Shown here one piece after another: positions 39,824-48,532 of a stretch of DNA of 64,000 nt. Numbering within the stretch: the first letter of the stretch is position 1; each line of letters starts with the position of its first letter. The position numbers and the translations under genes were made by a program. Origin of the DNA: a virus (lineage: Duplodnaviria > Heunggongvirae > Uroviricota > Caudoviricetes); IMG/VR virus record IMGVR_UViG_3300042445_002023; one strand, written 5' to 3'. The notes beneath the pieces were generated by a model. That model worked only from the letters and a program-made list of their open reading frames with translations, did not search any database and had not been told where the DNA came from.

Positions 39824-39827
39824 TTTA

Positions 39828-41048
39828 ATGATAAAAGAATATTTCAAAAAGTTTTATGGAATGACCCCCTATATCAATATTGATAAGGAGGAGTGGAAAC
39901 ATATACTAAATACATTTGAAAAGGAAGAGATAGTAGAAACATTATCAGAAGTATTACATACTTATCCACCACCTATTCCTATTATTACAGAACAAGAAAC
40001 GATTGATGCATATAAAAAGTTAAAGGGTACTTGGTGGCCGGATATTTTAGTGGAGGGAGAATGGTTTCCGCGTAATGAAAGGGAATCTGCATATCCACTT
40101 ACATTTGATAGTAGTAATTATTACTTTAAAAGAACGAATGTTGGTAATAACGCATCCAACCCATTCCATATAGAAAATCGATGGAAGGTAGATTGGTCAA
40201 GAACACCATCAGGTTGGAAGACATGGCAGACAGTTAATGGTATAAAAACCATAGTTCGGGCATTCTTCACATTAGAACAAGTCCTAACTGATGTAAATAA
40301 GGAAACACTAAAGATGGCAACTACATTACGAAAGTATGTGGCATCACAATTCAAACCTGTAATTGCTAAAGCATTTTATGATAGATTCCAAAGTGAGAAT
40401 ATATTAGATTTTTCAGCAGGTTGGGGAGATAGATTATGTGGATTCTTTGCAAGTGAAACGGGTAAACATTATGTTGGTATAGACCCTAATTTAGATAATC
40501 ACCCAAATTATGAAAACCAAATAGAATTTTATCAGAAACACAAAACGTTTTTTGAGAATCCTAAAACTGTGGAACTGATAAAGTTACCGGCAGAAGATGT
40601 GGATTATTCCAAATATGAAAACTTTTTTGATACAATCTTCACTTCACCTCCATACTTCAATACTGAAAAGTATTCCACACATGATACTCAAAGTTATTTA
40701 CGCTATAAAAAGATAGATGATTGGAATACCAATTTCCTACATAAAACAATTAAAAAAATAATCCCTACCTTAAAGAAGGGTGGGTTATTAGCAGTTAATA
40801 TTGCAGATGTATTTTCAGCACCAGATAAGGGGTATGTTGATATTGTAAATGCTATGAATGACTTTATTAAATCAGAGGGATTAGAATATATGGGTTGTAT
40901 TGGAATGGAAATGACAAAAAGGTTTAATTCCGGCGGTGCAGGAAATGCTAAATCTGAATATTTTGCAGAAGAACTCAAAGAAAAAACAGAACTCAATAAA
41001 AATAATGCATTTGGTGAACCCATTTGGATTTGGAAAAAAATAAAATAA
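39828..41048 (+). CDS. SPPY-motif methyltransferase-like protein, paralog 2
   Basis: DFSAGWGDRLCGFFAS...HYVGIDP and FTSPPYFN; start placed at the ATG at 39828, directly after the paralog 1 stop, to match the paralog 1 N-terminus (MIKEYFKKFYGMTPY against MYIEYFDKFYGMTPY). Confidence 0.5.
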   Translation: MIKEYFKKFYGMTPYINIDKEEWKHILNTFEKEEIVETLSEVLHTYPPPIPIITEQETIDAYKKLKGTWWPDILVEGEWFPRNERESAYPLTFDSSNYYFKRTNVGNNASNPFHIENRWKVDWSRTPSGWKTWQTVNGIKTIVRAFFTLEQVLTDVNKETLKMATTLRKYVASQFKPVIAKAFYDRFQSENILDFSAGWGDRLCGFFASETGKHYVGIDPNLDNHPNYENQIEFYQKHKTFFENPKTVELIKLPAEDVDYSKYENFFDTIFTSPPYFNTEKYSTHDTQSYLRYKKIDDWNTNFLHKTIKKIIPTLKKGGLLAVNIADVFSAPDKGYVDIVNAMNDFIKSEGLEYMGCIGMEMTKRFNSGGAGNAKSEYFAEELKEKTELNKNNAFGEPIWIWKKIK

Positions 41049-41054
41049 AATAAT

Positions 41055-41753
41055 ATGACAGTTATAGAAGCAACATCTCCGGGAGATGCATGGGTAAAGG
41101 TATCTAAACACCTTATTGCCAATGGCGTAAAGGTAGGCGATTTAACCGAAGAGTTAAACGTAATGACAGAAATCACCGAATTTAAATCTGATGAATGGTT
41201 CGACCCACATTTTAGAGAAATTATGGGAGATGATAGAATTGATTACGCAAAGACCGTAACCTTCTTAGAACCACAACCAAAGGTATCGGATAACCCATTC
41301 TTTGTAGCCGAAGAGGGATTGGAATACAAATTCATTAAAGACCACTGGCATGATTCATATTGGGGTAGAATGATTGCATGGCAAGGAACATTTAATCAAG
41401 TAGAAAATGTAATTAAAATCCTTAAAACTGGTAAAGCAGTTAAGAGATGTGAATTGATTATCTTTGACCCGAGCAGAGATGCTAGGAATCCATACTCACA
41501 ACCTTGTATGTTAGGGATTGATATTAAACCTCGTGGTGGTAAAATCTACCTAACATCAATCATTCGTTCAAATAGAGTATCCAAATCAGGTTACGCAGAT
41601 TACACTGCATTGGTTGAGATGGGTAAGTTCTTAGCGAGAGAAAGTGGTATGGAGTTAGGGAAAGTTTCAGTTTTAGCTTGTTCTTGTCATATCGGTAAAA
41701 TGAATGATGAAACGAAAAAGACTCATAAGTTATTAGAAGTATTAAATAAATAA
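41055..41753 (+). CDS. thymidylate-synthase-fold enzyme (232 aa); could be a dUMP/dCMP hydroxymethylase or a TS-like pyrimidine-modifying enzyme
   Basis: A candidate nucleophile segment, SQPCMLGIDIKPRGGKIYLTSIIRSNRVS, is similar to the ThyA active site PCH...YQRSxD; shorter than a canonical ThyA. Confidence 0.45.
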   Translation: MTVIEATSPGDAWVKVSKHLIANGVKVGDLTEELNVMTEITEFKSDEWFDPHFREIMGDDRIDYAKTVTFLEPQPKVSDNPFFVAEEGLEYKFIKDHWHDSYWGRMIAWQGTFNQVENVIKILKTGKAVKRCELIIFDPSRDARNPYSQPCMLGIDIKPRGGKIYLTSIIRSNRVSKSGYADYTALVEMGKFLARESGMELGKVSVLACSCHIGKMNDETKKTHKLLEVLNK

Positions 41754-41754
41754 T

Positions 41755-42177
41755 ATGAAAAAAGAACAACAAGAGTTCGTAGCATTTGAACCACAAAAAG
41801 TAAATAGATTTTTAATTGAATTTAATTCCCCATTTGTTATCCCAACATATGCGGTCCATAAAATGAGTGAATTAAAAGTAGTTTGTGTTTATGATGATGG
41901 GTGGGTAAATTGGGGTGATTTAACAATTGAGATGTATGAAACTTCAGAAATTCCAATTGCTTCAATTATTTGCAAGGGATTAGCAGAAAATAAATCTAAA
42001 CAAACTAATACAATTTCGTTTCAATTATTAGAATTAAATGTAGTAGGAGATATTATTCAACGTTGGGAAATCAATGCAAAGATAAAGGATATAGCATTTG
42101 GAAAATATGATTGGTTAAATGATGAGTTGAAAATGATAGAAATGAATTTAAAAGACGTAGAAGCTGATATAAAATAA
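41755..42177 (+). CDS. hypothetical protein (140 aa)
   Basis: Tightly coupled ORF inside the candidate modification cluster. Confidence 0.45.
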   Translation: MKKEQQEFVAFEPQKVNRFLIEFNSPFVIPTYAVHKMSELKVVCVYDDGWVNWGDLTIEMYETSEIPIASIICKGLAENKSKQTNTISFQLLELNVVGDIIQRWEINAKIKDIAFGKYDWLNDELKMIEMNLKDVEADIK

Positions 42178-42182
42178 ATAAT

Positions 42183-43688
42183 ATGTGTGGAATTGTAGCA
42201 ACGATTGGATATAAAAGAGATGATGTGAATGTAATGCTCGAAGCAATTGAGCATCGTGGTAGAGATAATCGTGGTATTAAAGAATTCCAATATAACGATA
42301 AACATATTATCTTAGGACATAACCGATTATCAATCAACGATACTTCACCATTGGGTAATCAACCTATGGAATGGGATGGAGTTGAATTGGTAGTCAATGG
42401 TGAGATTTGGAACTATCCTCAATTGCGTAAAGAATACGAAGGAAGGGGGTATCACTTTAAATCTAATTCAGATTCAGAAATTATTCTATATCTTTACAAG
42501 GAAGGTGAATTAAAGAGATTAGAGGGTATGTTCTCATTCATTATATACGATAATGATAAGTTGATACTATCGAGGGACTGGGTGGGTAAATTGCCCCTTT
42601 ATATTCACAATACAAACAACTATATCATCGCTAGTGAATTGAAATCCATTACAACACAGGTAAAGAGTTCAGATATTAAGTTTGTACCTAAGAATTCATT
42701 GGTAGAAATTGATTTAAATACTGATACGATTGTAGTTCATAAAGATTATTATTTTCAATTCTCAAACGAACCTACTATACCGGCATCACATGAAGAAGTT
42801 GGTGAAACTACATTTAAGTTATTAGAAACTGCAGTAGATAAAAGATTATTATCAGATGTACCAATTGCTACATCACTAAGTGGTGGGATTGATTCTGCAA
42901 TCATTACCTACCTACTATCACAACGTATACCAAACCTAAAAGCATACACAATTGCATTTGATGAAACCTCAAAGGATTTACAAAAGGCAAGAGTATGTGC
43001 GGAGTATTTAGGAGTGGAGTTAGTTGAAGTATTTGTTCCTAAAGATGAAGAAATAATTAAACAAAGATTTTTAGATTCAATTAGAGTAATCGAATATCCA
43101 TCGACCGTTCAAATGGAAGTGGGTATCCTACAATCCTTTATTGCAGAACAAATGGCAAGAGATGGTATTAAGGTAGCATTTAGTGGTGAGGGTTCTGATG
43201 AATCCTATGGTTCGTATGGTACATTCCGTATGTTCAGTAAGAAACCAGATTGGAGTGATGTTCGTAAAAAGTTATTTGAAAAACAATACTATGGTAACCT
43301 ATTAAGAGGTAATACTATCTTTATGAATTATGGAACAATCGAATTAAGATGCCCATTCTTTGATACCGAATTTTTAAACTATACTACTAATTTAACCGAT
43401 GAATACTTATCTAAAGGAGGTCAATGGAAATTACCACTTGCTAATGCATTCAGAGGTAAACTGCCTGATGAGATTTTAGACCAGGAAAAAAGAGCATTTC
43501 AAAAAGGAACAAATTTTAAACAATACATCGAAGAAATCATTTTAAAAGATGAATCTATTAATTTTAAGAAAAGAAAAAATATGATTCATGTCATTGGTGA
43601 TAACTTTGAAAAAATACACGGGTTCTCTCATAGAAAAATGAAAGGAGAATTAACGTCAAACTCAGGAGGAATATATCAATGGATTTAA
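42183..43688 (+). CDS. asparagine-synthetase-like enzyme: class II glutamine amidotransferase fused to a PP-loop ATP pyrophosphatase
   Basis: N-terminal Met-Cys-Gly (MCGIV) nucleophile and PP-loop motif SLSGGIDSA; 501 aa. Confidence 0.65.
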   Translation: MCGIVATIGYKRDDVNVMLEAIEHRGRDNRGIKEFQYNDKHIILGHNRLSINDTSPLGNQPMEWDGVELVVNGEIWNYPQLRKEYEGRGYHFKSNSDSEIILYLYKEGELKRLEGMFSFIIYDNDKLILSRDWVGKLPLYIHNTNNYIIASELKSITTQVKSSDIKFVPKNSLVEIDLNTDTIVVHKDYYFQFSNEPTIPASHEEVGETTFKLLETAVDKRLLSDVPIATSLSGGIDSAIITYLLSQRIPNLKAYTIAFDETSKDLQKARVCAEYLGVELVEVFVPKDEEIIKQRFLDSIRVIEYPSTVQMEVGILQSFIAEQMARDGIKVAFSGEGSDESYGSYGTFRMFSKKPDWSDVRKKLFEKQYYGNLLRGNTIFMNYGTIELRCPFFDTEFLNYTTNLTDEYLSKGGQWKLPLANAFRGKLPDEILDQEKRAFQKGTNFKQYIEEIILKDESINFKKRKNMIHVIGDNFEKIHGFSHRKMKGELTSNSGGIYQWI

Positions 43689-44518
43689 AACTAAAAGGAT
43701 TAACCGAAGATACCCCATTAGAACTTTATCACATTAAGGGTAGAGAAGTATGGGTAAAGAGGGATGACTTGATGGGCGATGGTATGATATTACCGCCGTG
43801 GGGTAAATTAGCAGCATTATTTGAATTGGTTAAAAAATATATTGATAAATCAAAACCACTGGTTCACCTTTCCGTAGATGGTAGTTGGACAGCATGGGCA
43901 TTGAGTGCAATATGTGAGGAATTGGGAATTGAATTTTATGCAGCACACCCTGATTCTAAAAAGATATCACAGGAATATTTGAGAATGATTAAGGAAATGC
44001 ATCCTAAAACAAACCTATATCCAATTAGACCTAATATGATGCAGATTATGTATAATTCGTTAAAGAAAGATGCAAGAGAAAGGGGATGGCAAATGTTACC
44101 TTACGCTTTTGACCACGATTTCTATAAAGATTATCTTGCAGATAGAATTCAACCCCTTGCCCATTTTGATAATTTAGTAGTATCATCTGGTAGTGGTGTA
44201 ACTCTTGCAGGATTAGCAAGAGGATATTATAGAGAGGAACTTAAAGAGTTTTTTCCACAAGTTAAAAAGAAGATTTGGACAACATGTGTATCATCGGTTA
44301 GTTCAATCAATAAAACACTTAAAAAGAGTGGGATTCCAATTCCCCTAAATATACGAAAATCAGAGTATCTATTTGAGAATAGATTAGATGGTTACGAAAC
44401 CCCATTCCCTTGCAACCAATTTTGGGATGTAAAGCAATGGAAGTGGTTAGAAGAAAACATAGACCAAATCGAAGGAACTATTCTATTCTGGAATATTGGT
44501 GGAATTTACAAATTTTAA
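43679..44518 (+). CDS. PLP-dependent fold-type II enzyme of the ACC deaminase / D-cysteine desulfhydrase family
   Basis: Collinear matches to the D-cysteine desulfhydrase family: TPLELYHIKGREVWVKRDDL (family: TPLEYL...REIFIKRDDV), VVSSGSGVTLAGLA, and LFWNIGG; overlaps the upstream stop by 10 nt. Confidence 0.55.
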   Translation: MDLKLKGLTEDTPLELYHIKGREVWVKRDDLMGDGMILPPWGKLAALFELVKKYIDKSKPLVHLSVDGSWTAWALSAICEELGIEFYAAHPDSKKISQEYLRMIKEMHPKTNLYPIRPNMMQIMYNSLKKDARERGWQMLPYAFDHDFYKDYLADRIQPLAHFDNLVVSSGSGVTLAGLARGYYREELKEFFPQVKKKIWTTCVSSVSSINKTLKKSGIPIPLNIRKSEYLFENRLDGYETPFPCNQFWDVKQWKWLEENIDQIEGTILFWNIGGIYKF

Positions 44519-44530
44519 AAAAATAAAATA

Positions 44531-44773
44531 ATGGCAGGTGATATAAAAAAGAAGAGTTCATTTAAACCACATAAGATATCTTTACCAAAAGAAGGTAGTT
44601 TAAAAGCTGAAAAATGGTTCAATCGTAGAGAGGAAGAACTGCGTAAAAAACAAATAAAACAAGAGTTACTTAATCAAGGAATTGATATAAATAAAAAACC
44701 ACCATTTGTAATTAAAGATGGGATACCTCATAAAATAGTTGATGGTAAATTAGTTCCATTAAAAAAACTATAA
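44531..44773 (+). CDS. hypothetical basic protein (80 aa)
   Basis: ORF only. Confidence 0.4.
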   Translation: MAGDIKKKSSFKPHKISLPKEGSLKAEKWFNRREEELRKKQIKQELLNQGIDINKKPPFVIKDGIPHKIVDGKLVPLKKL

Positions 44774-44840
44774 TTAAAACAAAAATGTAAAATTGGGTGT
44801 TAAATCCAATTTATTTTATATTTATAAACAAATAACAAGG

Positions 44841-45206
44841 ATGTCCAATATGATAAAGTTAAAGAATCTAATTACCGAATTCGGCGGAAAACAATTTAAA
44901 GGAGCTGAAGGAATCCCTGCTAATAAATCTTTGGAAAAAATTAGTAAGACTGAAAAGTTAAATATAATCAAAGGTAAAGGTAATATTATTGATTTTATCG
45001 TTCCTGATGAATATAAAGGTAAAAGAAACTTTTGGCAAGTAATATCTACCGGTAGTATTAAAAAATCCTCATCTGGTAAGATTGTTATGTTAATGGGTGG
45101 TGGTCTGATAAATTCTCCATCATTTGATACCATTGATGATTTGATTGATGGTGTGAATTGGAAATCAATGGAAGAGAGAAGAAGATTTAATGAATCAATA
45201 AAATAA
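44841..45206 (+). CDS. hypothetical protein (121 aa)
   Basis: Start taken at the ATG at 44841 after AAGGA; the track began at 44793. Confidence 0.4.
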   Translation: MSNMIKLKNLITEFGGKQFKGAEGIPANKSLEKISKTEKLNIIKGKGNIIDFIVPDEYKGKRNFWQVISTGSIKKSSSGKIVMLMGGGLINSPSFDTIDDLIDGVNWKSMEERRRFNESIK

Positions 45207-45233
45207 TAAAATTACACATAAAAAGTTACAGAT

Positions 45234-47741
45234 TTGTACAAAAACATATATTATCAAAGGGAACGAAATCTCATTCACCTTTGGGATTCTCATTTAGGTT
45301 ACCGAACCTTCCCATACACCAGATACGCATACGAAAGAGCAGAGAGAGGTGAAGCCCGTTCTATTTATGGTGATAAATTAACTAAGATTTATAAATTCAA
45401 AGGGGATGACCCAAATTTATTTGAATCGGATGTACCCGAAACAACACGTGTTTTAGTCGATACTTATACCGATTCCGATATTCCATCAGATACCATCGTA
45501 ACAATGACATTTGATATTGAGGTGGAAATGGAAAGTGGATTACCTGATACCGAAAAAGCTGAAAACGAACTTACCGCTATTGGTCTACAAGATAATATCA
45601 CCAATCAATATTGGGTATTGATTATGGATAAGAAAGGTAAGATGGTGGAACGAAAAACCGATAAGGCAATCATTCTACCATTCAGAGATGAAAGGGATAT
45701 GTGTATGAAGTTCTTAGAACTTTATGAAGGTATTGCACCGGATATTTTAACTGGTTGGAACATTGATAATTTTGATATTCCGTATCTATTCAACCGAATG
45801 AAACGCATCTTAGGTGAATCTCAAGCAAAGAGGTTATCACCTATTGGTCAAGCATTTTATTCTCCATATCGTCAAAGATGGTTCTTTGCAGGAGTAAGTT
45901 GTTTGGATTACCTATCACTCTATAAGAAATTTAACTACAACGAATTACCTAACTATCGATTAGATACCATTGGTACGATTGAATTAGGTAAGGGTAAGAT
46001 TGAATATCAAGGTTCATTGGATGATTTATTTAATGAAGACATTGAAAAGTTCATTGAGTATAACTTAGTCGATGTTGAGATTGTTGTGGAGTTGGATAAG
46101 AAATTACAATTCATTGATTTATGTAGAGGTATCTGCCACGCAGGACACGTTCCCTATGAGGACTTCGTTTATTCATCTAAGTATTTAGAGGGTGCATTGT
46201 TATGTTTCCTTAAACGTAAGGGATTAGTTGCTCCGAATAAACCATCAGACCGTAAGGAAATGATGCAGGCATTGAGAGATAATGAACAAGAAAAGTTTAT
46301 CGGTGCGTATGTAAAAGACCCGATTGTGGGTAAGTATGATTGGGTATATGATTTGGATTTAACATCTCTATATCCATCAATCATCATGACAATCAACATT
46401 TCTCCTGAAACCAAAGTTGCTAAAATTGCAGATTGGGATGTTCAGAAATATATGAAGAGGGAGGTTGATTACTATCAAATGGGTGATAATAAAATCTCAC
46501 GTGATAATTTAGAAAAGTATATTAAAGAGGCAGATTTAACAATATCATCAAATGGTGTGTTATATCGTAAAGATAAAATAGGATGTATTCCTGAAATTTT
46601 AGATATTTGGTTCAATGAAAGGGTGGAGTTTAGAAAGTTGGAAAAGAAGTACGGCCAGGAGGGTAATAAAGAAAAATATGCCTTTTACGGCAAAAGACAG
46701 TTGGTTCAAAAAATTCTACTTAACTCTCTTTATGGTGTGCTTGGTCTTCCTGCCTTTCGGTTTTATGATGTTGATAATGCGGAGGCAGTTACGACTACGG
46801 GTCAGACGGTTATTAAGAACTCTGCGAATATGGGAAACATCAAATACAATAAAGAGTTAGGTACTACTGATGTGGATTCTAACATTTACATTGATACGGA
46901 TTCAGTATTTTTTTCTGCAGTACCACTTTTAGATTTCCGTCATCCAAATTGGAAGGAAATGCCAGATAGTGAAGTTGCAGTATTGGTAGATGGAATCGCA
47001 GGTGAAATGCAAGATTATCTAAATAAGTTTTATGATATTCTTTCAGATAAGTTTTTCAATGTTCAAAATCACCGATTAGAAATTAAAAAGGAATACGTTG
47101 CTAGGGCAGGTATTTGGATTGCAAAAAAGAGATACGCACAATGGATTATTTCAAACAATGGTGTTGCCGTAGATAGATTGGATGTAAAGGGATTGGATGT
47201 TAGAAGGTCATCATTCCCTAAGGCGTTTCAAGATTGTATGGGGACGGTTCTAATAGATATCTTAAAAGGTAAAACTGAAGAGGAATTAACAGCATTTGTT
47301 CTTGCGTTTAAAAAGAGTATGGTAAGTAGACCGATACATGAAATTGCAAAGAACTCAGCAGTTAAAAACCTTTCAAAATATTCACCAAAGAAAAGACAAT
47401 TATTCCATATGGAAAAAGGTGCACCTGCTCACGTTAAAGCAGCAATTCTATATAATGATTGTTTAACCCACTTTAAAGCCCCATTCAAATATTCACCAAT
47501 GAAAGATGGTGATAAAATCAAATGGGTCTATCTTAAAAATAATCCATTAGGAATTGATGGATTGGGATTCACAGGATATGATGACCCACAAGAAATAGTT
47601 GATTTCATTACAACTTATACCGACCATAATCGAATCTTCGAAGCGGAATTAAAAGGTAAGTTACAAGATTTCTATAACGCCTTAGGTTGGGGTGAAGTAA
47701 TGAGTGAACAAAAAAATGCAGAAAAATTCTTTTCTTTTTAA
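45234..47741 (+). CDS. family B DNA polymerase
   Basis: Exo I (FDIEV), motif A (DLTSLYPSII) and motif C (YIDTDSVFF). Confidence 0.8.
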   Translation: MYKNIYYQRERNLIHLWDSHLGYRTFPYTRYAYERAERGEARSIYGDKLTKIYKFKGDDPNLFESDVPETTRVLVDTYTDSDIPSDTIVTMTFDIEVEMESGLPDTEKAENELTAIGLQDNITNQYWVLIMDKKGKMVERKTDKAIILPFRDERDMCMKFLELYEGIAPDILTGWNIDNFDIPYLFNRMKRILGESQAKRLSPIGQAFYSPYRQRWFFAGVSCLDYLSLYKKFNYNELPNYRLDTIGTIELGKGKIEYQGSLDDLFNEDIEKFIEYNLVDVEIVVELDKKLQFIDLCRGICHAGHVPYEDFVYSSKYLEGALLCFLKRKGLVAPNKPSDRKEMMQALRDNEQEKFIGAYVKDPIVGKYDWVYDLDLTSLYPSIIMTINISPETKVAKIADWDVQKYMKREVDYYQMGDNKISRDNLEKYIKEADLTISSNGVLYRKDKIGCIPEILDIWFNERVEFRKLEKKYGQEGNKEKYAFYGKRQLVQKILLNSLYGVLGLPAFRFYDVDNAEAVTTTGQTVIKNSANMGNIKYNKELGTTDVDSNIYIDTDSVFFSAVPLLDFRHPNWKEMPDSEVAVLVDGIAGEMQDYLNKFYDILSDKFFNVQNHRLEIKKEYVARAGIWIAKKRYAQWIISNNGVAVDRLDVKGLDVRRSSFPKAFQDCMGTVLIDILKGKTEEELTAFVLAFKKSMVSRPIHEIAKNSAVKNLSKYSPKKRQLFHMEKGAPAHVKAAILYNDCLTHFKAPFKYSPMKDGDKIKWVYLKNNPLGIDGLGFTGYDDPQEIVDFITTYTDHNRIFEAELKGKLQDFYNALGWGEVMSEQKNAEKFFSF

Positions 47742-47815
47742 AATAAATTTGGATAATTCAAAAATTATTCGTATCTTTACACTTACAATAAATTAAAACA
47801 ATAAAAAAAAACAAC

Positions 47816-48529
47816 ATGGAAAAAGGTAAATTAGGTCGTTTCGTACAAAAGTACAATCTTGCAGGTTTAGTAGAATCTGTAAAGTGGGAAACAAAAGACA
47901 ACTCATTAACAACTGCATTCATTTCTGATGACAAATCAGTATTGGGTAAAGTAACAATGACAGATTTTGGTTATAGTGATACAACATTTGGTGTATATGA
48001 TACATCTAAGTTGACTAAAATGTTATCAGTATTAGGAGAATCAATTGATTTTGAAATTTCTGATGTAGATGGTAAAGCGGTATCATTAAAGTTTAAAGAT
48101 GGTTCAACTTCAATCAATTATATGTTGGCTGACCTTTCGGTTATCCCAAATGTACCTGATTTGAAACAATTACCAACTTTCAACATTAAAATTAAGTTAG
48201 ACGAAAACTTTATTACAAAGTTCATCCGTGCTAAATCGGCGTTGACAGATGAGAACAATTTCACATTTGTTGCAAAAGATGGTAAGTGTCAAATTATCTT
48301 AGGTCATTCAAACATTAACACTAATAGAATTTCTATTGATGTTGATTGTGAGTGTGAAGGTAGTATTAACCCAATCTCATTCTCAGCAACTTACTTAAAG
48401 GAAATCTTAGTTGCAAACAAAGAAGCTAAAGATGCTATCTTAGAAATTTCATCACAAGGATTATCTCACATTCATTTTGAAGTAGATGCCTATACATCCG
48501 ATTACTATTTAGTGGAAATCGCTAACTAA
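47816..48529 (+). CDS. sliding clamp (gp45-like, putative)
   Basis: 237 aa ORF between the polymerase and clamp-loader genes, preceded by the early motif; no strong motif, assigned from size and context. Confidence 0.35.
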   Translation: MEKGKLGRFVQKYNLAGLVESVKWETKDNSLTTAFISDDKSVLGKVTMTDFGYSDTTFGVYDTSKLTKMLSVLGESIDFEISDVDGKAVSLKFKDGSTSINYMLADLSVIPNVPDLKQLPTFNIKIKLDENFITKFIRAKSALTDENNFTFVAKDGKCQIILGHSNINTNRISIDVDCECEGSINPISFSATYLKEILVANKEAKDAILEISSQGLSHIHFEVDAYTSDYYLVEIAN

Positions 48530-48532
48530 GAT

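Noticed and set aside
39720-39827. Track start of methyltransferase paralog 2 at 39720, overlapping paralog 1 by about 100 nt
   Set aside because: The ATG at 39828, immediately after the paralog 1 stop, gives an N-terminus (MIKEYFKKFYGMTPY) that aligns with paralog 1 (MYIEYFDKFYGMTPY). The upstream extension is just read-through of the overlapping frame.
40703-41176. 157-aa minus-strand ORF, and many other minus-strand ORFs in the track (e.g. 31690-32160, 10767-11159, 10401-10757, 4943-5251)
   Set aside because: All are nested antisense within strong plus-strand genes. They are low-complexity, have no ribosome-binding sites, and interrupt otherwise contiguous + strand coding. They are most likely artefacts of the AT-rich composition.
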